A stretch of 55,674 bases of DNA from a virus (IMGVR_UViG_3300032282_003382:1-55674), one strand, 5' to 3'; positions 28,388 through 38,284 are shown, counted from the first letter of the stretch. The notes: generated from the letters alone by a model not told the origin. Program-made: numbers and translations.

Positions 28388-31047
28388 TGAGTTATGTGGA
28401 TGCATTCTGGGAAAGAGATCGTGACCGTATTCACGTCGTAGAGCGTGTGAACGGTGAGCGTGTCTATACAGAATATCCTGCTAACTATGTGTTTTATTAC
28501 AATGATCAAAAGGGTAAGTTCAGAACAATTTATGGTAATACTGTAAGTCGTTTTAGCACCAAGAGCCATAAAGAGTTTCAGAAAGAAGTTCGCATACACG
28601 GCAAAGATAAAACTTGGGAGTCGGATATTAACCCAGTGTTTAGATGCCTGAGCGAAAACTATCTGGGCAAAGATAGTCCAAAACTTCAGACTTGTTTTTT
28701 CGATATTGAAGTGGACTTTGACCCTGTGCGTGGATATAGTCGTCCTGACGATCCATTTAACCCTATTACAGCCATCAGTTTATATTTTGACTGGCTGGAT
28801 AAACTAATCACATTAGTTGTTGCCCCCAAGGGCATGAGCACAGAAACTGCTACAGAAATTTGTGATGGTTTTGAAAACTGTTTCTTGTTTAGTACTGAAG
28901 CAGAACTCTTGGATGCATTCCTGAACTTGATTGATGACGCAGACATCCTAAGTGGTTGGAACTCAGAAGGCTTTGATATTCCCTATACCACCATGCGCAT
29001 CAACAAGGTGCTGAGCAAAGATGACACTCGTAGACTTTGCCTCTGGGGTCAATATCCCAAGCACCATCCTTTTGAGCGTTTTGGATCTCAGGAATTTACC
29101 TTTGATTTAATTGGTCGTGTACACCTGGACTATATGCAGTTATATCGCAAATATAACTATGAAGAACGACATAGTTATGCCTTAGACGCTATTGGTGAAT
29201 ACGAACTAAACGAACGCAAGTTAGCTTATGAAGGTACCCTAGACCAGTTATATAACAAGGACTTTAAAAAGTTTATTGACTATAACCGTCAGGATACCAT
29301 CTTGTTGGCCAAGTTAGATAAGAAGTTAAGATTTTTAGATCTAGCTAATGAACTTGCCCATGATAATACTGTATTACTACAGACTACCATGGGTGCTGTT
29401 GCAGTAACTGAACAAGCAATTATTAATTATGCACATCAACGAAGTTTAATTGTACCTAACCGAAAGGAAAGAATTACAGATGAACAAACTCAAGCCGCAG
29501 GTGCCTATGTTGCTTATCCCAAAAAAGGGCTACACGACTACGTCGGAGCCATCGACATCAACAGTCTGTATCCTTCTGCGATCCGGGCCCTCAACATGGC
29601 GCCAGAAACAATTGTCGGACAACTCAGACAAACAATGACGCAAAACTATCTGGCTGCTAAAATAGCCAGTGGTACTAGCGCATCCGGAGCCTGGGAAGGA
29701 TTGTTTGGTACCCTAGAGTACACCGCAGTTCTAAATCAGGAAGCAGGTACAGAAATTACCATAGACTGGGAGGGCGGTGACTCAGATGTTTATAGTGCTG
29801 CCCAGGTCTGGAAGATGATATTTGATGGTAATAATCCCTGGACACTGAGTGCTAACGGTACCATCTTCAAGTATGATACTGAAGGTACTGTACCTGGACT
29901 GTTGGGTCAATGGTATTCAGAGCGTAAAGAACTTCAGGCAAAAAAGAAGGCTGCCACTGAAGCTTCTGAAATTGCGTTCTGGGATAAGCGTCAATTAGTT
30001 AAAAAAATTAACCTAAACAGTTTGTATGGTGCTATTCTTAACCCAGGGTGTAGGTTCTTTGACATCAGGATTGGACAAAGTACTACTCTGGTTGGTCGTC
30101 AGGTTGCCAAACATATGGCCAGTTTCCTTAATGAACAAGTTACTGGTGAATATAATCACTTAGGTGATTGTATTGTTTATGGTGACACAGACTCATGTTA
30201 CTTTAGTATGTACCCTATATTAAAGGCTGAGATCGAGTCTGGTAAGATGACCTGGAATAAAGATATTTGCATACAGTTATATGATGAAATTGCAGATCAA
30301 CTTAACCAGAGCTTTCCAGCCTTTATGGAACAGAGTTTTCATTGTCCTAGAAAGTTAGGTGAGATCATTAAAGGCGGGCGTGAGCTTATTGGTATTAAAA
30401 GTTTGTTTATTACTAAGAAGCGTTATGCTGTGCTGATTTATGATCAGGAAGGAAAACGACTGGATGTTGATGGTAAACCAGGTAAAGTAAAAGCCATGGG
30501 TCTGGATCTAAAGCGTTCAGATACTCCTAAGGTAGTACAGGATTTTCTAAGTCAGATTTTAATGGAAACGCTCAAAGGTTCTGACAAGGAAATTATCATA
30601 GAGATGATCAAGGACTTCAAACTGTTGTTTGCGCAAAGACCAGCCTGGGAAAAAGGTACGCCTAAGAGAGTAAACAACTTAACTAAGTTTACCAACGAAG
30701 AAAAGCGTTTAGGTAAAGCTAATATGCCTGGACATGTCAGAGCTGCTATGAACTGGAATAACCTGAAGCGTATGAATTCAGACAATTACAGTATGCAAAT
30801 CATGGATGGTATGAAAACTATTGTGTGTAAGCTCAAAGATAATCCCATGGGTTATACTAGTGTTGGTTATCCCACAGATGAAACACATATACCTGAATGG
30901 TTTAAAGAATTACCCTTTGATGACGATGAGATGGAAGCCACTATTGTAGATCAGAAGGTAGACAACTTATTGGGTATCCTAGACTGGGACTTGTTAAATG
31001 CCACTAATAACAAGAGTATGGTAAACGACCTGTTTAGTTTTGATTGA
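28387..31047 (+). CDS. polB: Family B DNA polymerase (gp43-like)
   Basis: Exo FDIE, GWNSEGFDIPY, YNRQD; pol DINSLYPS, KINLNSLYG, YGDTDS, KKRY. Confidence 0.97.
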   Translation: MSYVDAFWERDRDRIHVVERVNGERVYTEYPANYVFYYNDQKGKFRTIYGNTVSRFSTKSHKEFQKEVRIHGKDKTWESDINPVFRCLSENYLGKDSPKLQTCFFDIEVDFDPVRGYSRPDDPFNPITAISLYFDWLDKLITLVVAPKGMSTETATEICDGFENCFLFSTEAELLDAFLNLIDDADILSGWNSEGFDIPYTTMRINKVLSKDDTRRLCLWGQYPKHHPFERFGSQEFTFDLIGRVHLDYMQLYRKYNYEERHSYALDAIGEYELNERKLAYEGTLDQLYNKDFKKFIDYNRQDTILLAKLDKKLRFLDLANELAHDNTVLLQTTMGAVAVTEQAIINYAHQRSLIVPNRKERITDEQTQAAGAYVAYPKKGLHDYVGAIDINSLYPSAIRALNMAPETIVGQLRQTMTQNYLAAKIASGTSASGAWEGLFGTLEYTAVLNQEAGTEITIDWEGGDSDVYSAAQVWKMIFDGNNPWTLSANGTIFKYDTEGTVPGLLGQWYSERKELQAKKKAATEASEIAFWDKRQLVKKINLNSLYGAILNPGCRFFDIRIGQSTTLVGRQVAKHMASFLNEQVTGEYNHLGDCIVYGDTDSCYFSMYPILKAEIESGKMTWNKDICIQLYDEIADQLNQSFPAFMEQSFHCPRKLGEIIKGGRELIGIKSLFITKKRYAVLIYDQEGKRLDVDGKPGKVKAMGLDLKRSDTPKVVQDFLSQILMETLKGSDKEIIIEMIKDFKLLFAQRPAWEKGTPKRVNNLTKFTNEEKRLGKANMPGHVRAAMNWNNLKRMNSDNYSMQIMDGMKTIVCKLKDNPMGYTSVGYPTDETHIPEWFKELPFDDDEMEATIVDQKVDNLLGILDWDLLNATNNKSMVNDLFSFD

Positions 31048-31053
31048 TACTAT

Positions 31054-32073
31054 ATGCCTTTCGCACCTATAAATGTAAACTTTAGTACGGTATTAAAAGA
31101 GATAAATGTTTTAAAATCGTTGCTTTTAGAAACCCAAACAGTTTTGGATAGGGGAGCAATTCAACTTTTAAATGACAAGGTTTTAAATACAGTAAATCTT
31201 TTAGCATATGGTGAAATATTTGTCAGAAAGACTGAGCTTGAAGAATTGTTTACTAATCAGTTTAATGCGTTTTCAGCAGCTAATGATGCTACAGTTTCGT
31301 TTCTAAAAGAATTGTTAAATGCTAAACAAGATTTACTTAAGCATACAATAGATGTTGTAAAACCTTTAATAGAATTAAAAATTCAAGTAAGCGTTGGTAA
31401 AAACTATACCTACGATAGTATATTAACAAGTTATTTAAAGGACGACATATCATTCAGGGACAAGGTTAAAAATTTATTACACCGAGCTACCGATTTTAAA
31501 TATCCAGCTCTAATTTTAGGTAAAGACTATCTTAACCTTTCAGATTATATAGTGTCCAATGATCCATTATTTGTAATTTTTCCAGAACAAGATGAATCTA
31601 ATTTAGATACCCTTTATCATCCTGTTTATGTTAATAGCATCCGAAAGTATTTTTATAAAAATAATAATGAAAACAAATTGACATTACTACCTGAAAACCA
31701 ATTTGGTATTATAGTATCTAATGTTTATGAAGATACTCTACCAGATGCTAAAATAGTTGATCATTTCAAAAGTATTAAAAATTTACTCAGACCTGGCGGA
31801 TCTTTCTTTTTTACTTTTTTTGATTATACTAATGTTGCTAGTCTTGAATTAGTGGAAAAAATTACTGAATTTGGAAATCAATTAATGGAGCCTAATATAG
31901 TCCTGCCGCCTATAAGATTTTATGATGATTACAAGCAAATCATAGAAGGCCAAGGAATGTACATAGATGGATTTGTTCAGGGCGCCACTCATAATTTAAT
32001 GGTAGTGCGTAAGGATGGAGAACTTAAAACGATTAAAGCTAAAAAAGTAATTGGTGAAATAATTGCAGTATAA
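31054..32073 (+). CDS. Coiled-coil plus degenerate class I SAM-methyltransferase-like protein
   Basis: LPENQFGII...IKNLLRPGGSFFFTF resembles MTase post-II motifs; motif I poorly conserved. Confidence 0.5.
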   Translation: MPFAPINVNFSTVLKEINVLKSLLLETQTVLDRGAIQLLNDKVLNTVNLLAYGEIFVRKTELEELFTNQFNAFSAANDATVSFLKELLNAKQDLLKHTIDVVKPLIELKIQVSVGKNYTYDSILTSYLKDDISFRDKVKNLLHRATDFKYPALILGKDYLNLSDYIVSNDPLFVIFPEQDESNLDTLYHPVYVNSIRKYFYKNNNENKLTLLPENQFGIIVSNVYEDTLPDAKIVDHFKSIKNLLRPGGSFFFTFFDYTNVASLELVEKITEFGNQLMEPNIVLPPIRFYDDYKQIIEGQGMYIDGFVQGATHNLMVVRKDGELKTIKAKKVIGEIIAV

Positions 32074-32075
32074 TG

Positions 32076-32104
32076 TTGCACGATCTAAATAAACATGCTA
32101 TACT
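32076..32104 (+). promoter_or_regulatory. Sigma70-type promoter with nested CTAAATA late-like motif
   Basis: TTGCAC-17 nt-TATACT with extended TG; CTAAATA at 32085. Confidence 0.65.
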
Positions 32105-32125
32105 TAAATCTAACGGAGAAAATTA

Positions 32126-32860
32126 ATGAAAGACAACCTTACAGACCTAGTTAACCATACCCATGTATTGGGCAATGTTAGCTTTGTTAAAATTGTTGGC
32201 ACAGACAAAGAAACTGAATTCCAGAGCGTAGCTGATGACAAATCAGTTATTATTCAGGGTAAGTTTAAGAATGTTATCCCTGAGTTCAATGGCGTATTTG
32301 GTATGCCTAACTTAACCAAACTAAACATCATTCTTAACATTCCTGAGTATGATACCGATGCTAGCATTGTAGTTAATACCCAAACTAAGAATGGTGAAAC
32401 TGTACCTAGCGGATTGCGTTTTGAAAACAAAGCCAGCGACTTTAGAAACGATTATCGTTTCATGAGCACTGAAATTGTAAACGAAAAGCTCAAGGATCTA
32501 AAAGCTAAGACTAGTATTAAGTGGAATGTTAGTGTACAACCTAGCGTAGCAAATATTCAGCGTTTTAAATTCCAGAGCCAAGCAAACACAGAAGAGCCTG
32601 TATTTGTAGCCAAGACTGATGGTAGTAAACTAAAGTTTCACTTTGGTGACCCAAGTAGCATGAACGGTGAGTTTGTGTTTGATAATGGTATTTCAGGAAC
32701 ATTGACCAAGGCCTGGCAATTTCCAGTAGCACCAGTAATCAGTATCCTAAACTTGCTAGGCGATAAGACTTTGCAGATTAGTGATCAGGGTGCTCTACAA
32801 ATTATTGTTGACTCAGGCACAGCAGAATACACCTACACACTACCAGCACAAGTTAAATAA
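32126..32860 (+). CDS. Sliding clamp (gp45/PCNA-like)
   Basis: 244 aa with two-domain beta/alpha pattern ending ISDQGALQIIVDSGTAEYTYTLP; close to the polymerase; clamp loader in the same window. Confidence 0.7.
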   Translation: MKDNLTDLVNHTHVLGNVSFVKIVGTDKETEFQSVADDKSVIIQGKFKNVIPEFNGVFGMPNLTKLNIILNIPEYDTDASIVVNTQTKNGETVPSGLRFENKASDFRNDYRFMSTEIVNEKLKDLKAKTSIKWNVSVQPSVANIQRFKFQSQANTEEPVFVAKTDGSKLKFHFGDPSSMNGEFVFDNGISGTLTKAWQFPVAPVISILNLLGDKTLQISDQGALQIIVDSGTAEYTYTLPAQVK

Positions 32861-34494
32861 TGACCATTGCTAAAGACAATCTGACAGCAAGACAGAAGGA
32901 TTATGCTATCTTCCTTCCAGCTATCTCTGGTTTTTATAGCGGCTATGTAGGCAAACAACGACATGAAACCCATGTAGACCCTGCTCGTATCCCTAGCAGG
33001 TTTGAACACGGCATAGAAGGTCTTAACTTCCTAAATCCTGAGCAGGCTTACTTCCCATATCGTTGGGGCCTATATAGTGCTGGCCATGCTAACCTAGATA
33101 CATCTAAGTTTGATGCATCTGAGGATATGATTCGTAATCGTGACAAGGATAGTTTTATTCTTGGTGACTCAGGTGGTTTCCAGATTGGTAAAGGCGTCTG
33201 GGAAGGTGATTGGAGAGCTGGTTCTGGTTGTGCCAAGGCGCATAAAAAGCGTACACAAGTTCTGGACTGGATGGAAAGTTACATGAACTATGGTATGACC
33301 CTAGACGTGCCCGGTTGGGTAGGGCGTACCCCCGCAGGTGTTGCTGCTACTAAGATTAGCAACTATGGCGAAGCTGTTGAAGCCACAAAGTTTAACTTTG
33401 AATATTGGTTAAGGAATCGTAAAGGTAACTGTAAGTTTTTAACTGTGCTACAGGGAGACAACCATAAAGAAGCTGACGAGTGGTACAATGAGATGAAGAA
33501 GTTTTGTGACCCTAAAGTATATCCCAACGATCACTTCAATGGTTGGGCCATGGGATCACAAAATAAATGCGATGCTCATTTAGTAGTAAAGCGGTTAGTA
33601 ACCATGATTTATGATGGATTGTTGGAAACTGGCAAACAGGACTGGATTCACTATTTGGGTACTAGTAAGTTAGAATGGGCTATGATGTTTACAGATATAC
33701 AAAGAGCCATACGCAAGTATCATAATCCTAACTTTACTATTAGCTTTGACTGTGCTAGTCCATTCTTAGCTACTGCTAATGGTCAGGTCTATAACGAAAA
33801 TAGACTAGATAATCGTGGTAAGTGGGCTTACAAGATGATTAAATGTGTAGACGATAAAAAGTATGCTCGTGATAGTCGTATGTTCAGAGATGCTGTTATC
33901 CAGGATGGTATCTACAAGAACTTTATTGATAGTCCTATAATGCAGCGTACTGAGATCAAAGATATTTGCATCTATGGTGCAGGTGTACGCAAGACCGATG
34001 CTGAACTTGGTGGTACTAAGTTTAATGTTAATAACGATGATCATTATCATGTTAAGCCAGATCGTAATAAGATTAATAAAGTAGGACGCACTAGTTGGGA
34101 CAGTTTTAGCTATGCTATCTTAATGGGCCATAACATTCATGCGCACATTAGATCTGTGCAGGATGGTAACGATCTGTATGACAGTGGTGTTATTCCAGCA
34201 GCTCTGGTAAGAGAACAGACTGACAGAAAATATTTCAGAGACTTAGTAGACTCAATCTTTAGTGCGCCTAGTTATGGTGCAGCCATGGCCATAGTTGATC
34301 ATGATTACAATAGTAAATGGTTCATGGATATTCGTGGCAGTAGTGCAAACGGTTATCTGGGTAAGAATGCCAGAAACGCCAATACTATGTTTGATGAACT
34401 ATTTGACATGCAAACTGGTCCACCAGTAGTAAATGAAGATGGTCTAAACCTTGCAAAACTAGATGCTCTGGAAGAAGCAGAAAAGAAGAAATAA
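32860..34494 (+). CDS. dpdA: TGT-superfamily guanine transglycosylase, DNA-acting DpdA-like
   Basis: LGDSGGFQIG, MTLDVP, VLQG, GWAMG, IHYLG, ISFDCAS; adjacent to replication and folE/que genes. Confidence 0.85.
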   Translation: MTIAKDNLTARQKDYAIFLPAISGFYSGYVGKQRHETHVDPARIPSRFEHGIEGLNFLNPEQAYFPYRWGLYSAGHANLDTSKFDASEDMIRNRDKDSFILGDSGGFQIGKGVWEGDWRAGSGCAKAHKKRTQVLDWMESYMNYGMTLDVPGWVGRTPAGVAATKISNYGEAVEATKFNFEYWLRNRKGNCKFLTVLQGDNHKEADEWYNEMKKFCDPKVYPNDHFNGWAMGSQNKCDAHLVVKRLVTMIYDGLLETGKQDWIHYLGTSKLEWAMMFTDIQRAIRKYHNPNFTISFDCASPFLATANGQVYNENRLDNRGKWAYKMIKCVDDKKYARDSRMFRDAVIQDGIYKNFIDSPIMQRTEIKDICIYGAGVRKTDAELGGTKFNVNNDDHYHVKPDRNKINKVGRTSWDSFSYAILMGHNIHAHIRSVQDGNDLYDSGVIPAALVREQTDRKYFRDLVDSIFSAPSYGAAMAIVDHDYNSKWFMDIRGSSANGYLGKNARNANTMFDELFDMQTGPPVVNEDGLNLAKLDALEEAEKKK

Positions 34495-34496
34495 GT

Positions 34497-34525
34497 TTGA
34501 TTTTATTAATTTATAATAGTATAAT
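34497..34525 (+). promoter_or_regulatory. Sigma70-type promoter
   Basis: TTGATT-17 nt-TATAAT. Confidence 0.7.
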
Positions 34526-34534
34526 AGGAACATT

Positions 34535-34987
34535 ATGGAACAACATAAACAAGCCATGACAGAACAGCGTCAAAGAATACAGGATCGTGCTACAAAAATG
34601 ATCTGGGTTACCTTTCGCAAGGAAGGTATCCACAAGTATCCAGCAGCAGCTACAGATCCAAGTCTGGCTACAGGTGACGAATATGATGTCAGTTTCTTAG
34701 CTACCCCACATCGTCATATCTTTCATTTTAGAGTAGCCATACAAGTATTTCATGATGACAGAGATATTGAGTTTATTCAGTTTAAGCGTTGGCTGGAAAA
34801 ACTTTATAGTGAAGGTACTCTGCAACTTAACTATAAGAGCTGTGAAATGATTTCAGATGATCTATATCAGATTATCGCAACCAGGTATCCAGACCGTGAC
34901 ATTGAAATTGATGTTGCGGAAGATGGAGAAAACGGTAGTGGTACAAAGTATCTAACGCATTATCCTAACTTAAACATGAAAATATAA
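34535..34987 (+). CDS. dpdL: QueD-paralogous T-fold protein, DpdL-like (putative CDG decarboxylase)
   Basis: LATPHRHIF (LxxxHRHxF), RDIEF, SCEM, EDGENG; lacks the QueD CxxxHG motif. Confidence 0.65.
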   Translation: MEQHKQAMTEQRQRIQDRATKMIWVTFRKEGIHKYPAAATDPSLATGDEYDVSFLATPHRHIFHFRVAIQVFHDDRDIEFIQFKRWLEKLYSEGTLQLNYKSCEMISDDLYQIIATRYPDRDIEIDVAEDGENGSGTKYLTHYPNLNMKI

Positions 34988-34996
34988 GGAATTATC

Positions 34997-35224
34997 ATGG
35001 CTCATCCAGCTTGGCTTAAGAAGTATTTGAAAATGAAACCTGAAGTATCTGACATCTTCACAGACCTAGAAGAATTTAAGGCGTTTTGTGTAAAGTATGG
35101 TAGAGTATTCAGAGAAGCTGATCTATATAATAATCGCAATGAGACTTACCAGGACTTTAACCGCAGCAAAGCCGGCAAGAATGTTAAAAACGGCTGGTCT
35201 GAAGAACTTAAAAAGATGGCATAA
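34997..35224 (+). CDS. Small hypothetical protein in the dpdA operon
   Basis: AAGGA SD; IFTDLEEFKAFCVKYGRVFREADLY. Confidence 0.75.
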   Translation: MAHPAWLKKYLKMKPEVSDIFTDLEEFKAFCVKYGRVFREADLYNNRNETYQDFNRSKAGKNVKNGWSEELKKMA

Positions 35225-36297
35225 TGAATACGATTTATATTGTACCCATTGAACCTATTGATCAAAGGTACACTAAACAATGGTATGAAAATATCCCAGA
35301 ATTGTTTAATACAGCCATTTTTAATAATAAACTAAAATACAAAGTAAAAACACTAGATGGTGTTCAGTTAACTGCTGGTACTACATCTGGTGCATTTTTA
35401 GACTTTGGTGCCACTAATGTTTATAAGGCTAGTCAGACACAGCTCATTAGTGAAATGTTTAGCAGAGGTGAGATTGTAGCAGGAGATAAGTTTTTAGTAA
35501 CTGATGCCTGGAATTTTGTAATCACTGCTATCAGATATATGTCTGACTTGTTAGAGATTCCTGTAGAGATACATGGTATCTGGCATGCAGGTGCTTATGA
35601 CCCAAGTGATATTTTAGGTTATAAAATGTCTAAACCCTGGCCCTGGCATACTGAACTTGGTTGGTTTCATGCTTGTACTACTAACTATTATGCTACTCAT
35701 TTTCATAGAGATATGTTTATGCGTAATTTAGAAATTGACAATGATATCTATGGTTACAAGGCCATAGTAAGCGGACAGCCACATAATCCCATTATTGCTC
35801 AGTGTGAAAAATATGTTTCCAAAACTAAGAAAGAAATGGTTATTTGGCCACATCGTTATAATGATGACAAGCAGCCTAATATCATAGAAGATCTTTCAAA
35901 GCGATTAACTCCAGAAGTAGTTATTACTCAGAAAATGAATCTAAACAAGGATAAGTTTTATGAGACCATGGGTGATGCTAGTGTAGTGTTTAGTTGCAGC
36001 CTACATGAGAACTTGGGTATTAGTCAGATGGAAGGTACTTTGGCTGGAGCCATTCCAGTAGTTCCAGATCGTTGTAGTTACTCAGAAATGTATGTGCCAG
36101 AATTTAAATATCCAAGTATCTGGACCGAAAGTTTCGACAATTATAAGAAATACAAGGCTGATATTATTGACTTTATTTCTGACAAAGTGTACAATAGATC
36201 TAAATATATCACAGCACTAGCATATCAGACAGATATCTTAAAGAACAAATATCTGAATGCTGATGTAATGATTAACAATATTTTAGGATTAAAATGA
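35224..36297 (+). CDS. GT-B (GT4-like) glycosyltransferase resembling GTDC1/QTMAN
   Basis: WPHRYNDDKQP; ASVVFSCSLHENLGISQMEGTLAGAIPVVPDRCSYSEM (ExxG...E motif). Confidence 0.8.
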   Translation: MNTIYIVPIEPIDQRYTKQWYENIPELFNTAIFNNKLKYKVKTLDGVQLTAGTTSGAFLDFGATNVYKASQTQLISEMFSRGEIVAGDKFLVTDAWNFVITAIRYMSDLLEIPVEIHGIWHAGAYDPSDILGYKMSKPWPWHTELGWFHACTTNYYATHFHRDMFMRNLEIDNDIYGYKAIVSGQPHNPIIAQCEKYVSKTKKEMVIWPHRYNDDKQPNIIEDLSKRLTPEVVITQKMNLNKDKFYETMGDASVVFSCSLHENLGISQMEGTLAGAIPVVPDRCSYSEMYVPEFKYPSIWTESFDNYKKYKADIIDFISDKVYNRSKYITALAYQTDILKNKYLNADVMINNILGLK

Positions 36298-37004
36298 CAG
36301 ACACAAGCAAACATCTATCACAAGTATTACGCGAGCGCATGAAGTCCGATGGTAAAAGGTTCTGGGCCGGAGATAACATCAGCGACTACATAGCTGAATC
36401 AGACAAAGAACACTTGATCTCTGAAGCCACAGAAGCATTTGAAAAGGTTCTGGATGTATTACTAATTGATCGCGAAAACGATCCTAACAGTAAAGGCACA
36501 GCCAAACGATTGGCCAAGATGTACTTCAATGAGATTATGTCAGGACGCTATGATCCGGCACCTAATGCTACATCGTTTCCCAACAATAATGATGATGGTG
36601 CTCAACCCTATAACGGTATGATAGTTGTCAGGGCAGAACTAAAGAGTATGTGTAGTCATCATCATCAACCAGTTACTGGTACAGCCTATATTGGTGTTAT
36701 TCCCAATGGCAGAGTAATTGGACTTAGCAAGTATATTAGAATTGCGCAATGGTGTGCTCGCAGAGGTACTTTGCAAGAACAATTATGTAATGATATTGCC
36801 AACAATATTGGTATTGCTACTGGTAGTGGAAATCTTGGTGTATATGTACAAGCTACTCATGGTTGTTGTGAAAACCGTGGTGTAATGGCTCGTAGTAGTC
36901 TTACACAAACCACAGTATTACGTGGTGCATTTAATGACGATCCTGGTACCAAGAAAGAATTTTTCGACAACATTAAACTACAACAAGATTTTGCTCCTCG
37001 TTAA
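36294..37004 (+). CDS. folE: GTP cyclohydrolase I
   Basis: DPN..GTAKRLAKM, SMCSHH, VIGLSK, LQEQL, HGCCENRG. Confidence 0.95.
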   Translation: MTDTSKHLSQVLRERMKSDGKRFWAGDNISDYIAESDKEHLISEATEAFEKVLDVLLIDRENDPNSKGTAKRLAKMYFNEIMSGRYDPAPNATSFPNNNDDGAQPYNGMIVVRAELKSMCSHHHQPVTGTAYIGVIPNGRVIGLSKYIRIAQWCARRGTLQEQLCNDIANNIGIATGSGNLGVYVQATHGCCENRGVMARSSLTQTTVLRGAFNDDPGTKKEFFDNIKLQQDFAPR

Positions 37005-37012
37005 GGGAAACT

Positions 37013-37414
37013 ATGAAAGTAGGACTTAGTTATAGCCGCTGCATCGTGGACATCCTGGATGGCCAGGTGCAGGAAAGAGATGTTTTAGTCATTGTCACGG
37101 GCACCAAGTTTGACCCGCACAATGATCAGCAATGGGCTGACATCTATCGTGGTTATGAGATCACCTGGTCCCGGTTCAACTATACCGAAAGCGAATACCG
37201 CGATCTCACTATCCGGATGTACAACAATGGTCAGATACACCAACCGCGTTTGTTTGACGCTGGCCGTCGTTTTACAGGCGAAACTATATGGGGCCGATAT
37301 TGGCGTGACCTTGTGCCGATTCCCGAAGATCTAGAACAGCATCCTGCTGCGCAGGAACTCTGGGATCAGTTTAAAATGGTTGCTGCATTAAGCGATATTA
37401 AAATTATTGATTAA
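37013..37414 (+). CDS. Hypothetical protein
   Basis: MKVGLSYSRCIVDI...GQIHQPRLF. Confidence 0.75.
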   Translation: MKVGLSYSRCIVDILDGQVQERDVLVIVTGTKFDPHNDQQWADIYRGYEITWSRFNYTESEYRDLTIRMYNNGQIHQPRLFDAGRRFTGETIWGRYWRDLVPIPEDLEQHPAAQELWDQFKMVAALSDIKIID

Positions 37415-37422
37415 GAGAAGTT

Positions 37423-37869
37423 ATGCCACGCAAACAGAAAGAACTAAAAGTACCATGTTTTAGTTGTACAACCATGCATAAGGAAAGTGAACTGATTGAA
37501 ATGTCTGGTCAGTTAATTTGCCCTAGTTGTGGTGAAGGCTGGGTTATGTTAGACCAGCGTGATAGCTATGTTGAAGTGGATTTATTAGAAGCATTAGAAG
37601 AATTAAAGCGTGAATTTGAATCATTAGTAGTACCACTAACCAAGGAGAATAAAATGGCAAAAAGTAAGCCCGCAGTAAAAACCATCAGCGACAAGCTGGT
37701 CAAAGTAAACGAAAACTTCACCATTAACATGTATGACAACGGTTTCATGATTGAAGTTGGCGGCCGAGACAACGAGAACGAGTGGAAGAATGCCAAGATC
37801 ATGGTGACCACCGTGGATGAACTGGTGGCCCTGGTGCGTGAAGCCACTGAAATGGAACGAGATAGTTAA
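37423..37869 (+). CDS. Zn-ribbon-like ORF fused in frame to a second small gene (internal start 37654)
   Basis: CxxC...CxxC N-part; AAGGAG SD before in-frame ATG 37654. Confidence 0.6.
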   Translation: MPRKQKELKVPCFSCTTMHKESELIEMSGQLICPSCGEGWVMLDQRDSYVEVDLLEALEELKREFESLVVPLTKENKMAKSKPAVKTISDKLVKVNENFTINMYDNGFMIEVGGRDNENEWKNAKIMVTTVDELVALVREATEMERDS

Positions 37870-37896
37870 TTTAACAATTTTATTTGGAGTTTTATT

Positions 37897-38283
37897 ATGA
37901 AACCTGTTTGTGCATATCCATCGTGTAATTCTTTGGTTCATACTGTAGATAGAAAACGAAAGAAACTAAGAACTGTGTGTAAAACTCATCACACAACGAA
38001 AAAAGATTTAGTTAATGCTTGGAAATTATCTAAACAATGTGCCAACAAACATGGTGACATTACTGGTACTCCTTGTCTGGTTACAGATAAATTTACTAAC
38101 CCTTCACACTTGGACATTGATCATGTTGATGGAAATCCGTTTAACAACAACCCAAACAATCATCAAGTCTTGTGTAAGTTATGTCATATAGATAAAACTA
38201 TGAGACGGCAAGATCATATGCGTAGTGCAAAACAGAAATCATTTACAAGCACTGCTGGTAATCTTTTTCACGGAGTAAATTAA
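37897..38283 (+). CDS. HNH endonuclease-like protein
   Basis: LDIDHVDGNPFNNNPNNHQVLCKLCHIDKT. Confidence 0.85.
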   Translation: MKPVCAYPSCNSLVHTVDRKRKKLRTVCKTHHTTKKDLVNAWKLSKQCANKHGDITGTPCLVTDKFTNPSHLDIDHVDGNPFNNNPNNHQVLCKLCHIDKTMRRQDHMRSAKQKSFTSTAGNLFHGVN

Positions 38284-38284
38284 T

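Noticed and set aside
28387-31047. Intein or intron in the DNA polymerase
   Set aside because: Length and motif spacing are normal; no splicing or LAGLIDADG motifs
32860-34494. Calling this a tRNA-guanine transglycosylase (tgt)
   Set aside because: Lacks the CxCxxC Zn motif and length pattern of bacterial TGT, and context is DNA replication; DNA-acting DpdA is preferred though untested
37897-38283. HNH or GIY-YIG (54822) genes as intron-borne homing elements
   Set aside because: Both are free-standing between intact genes with no interrupted host ORF
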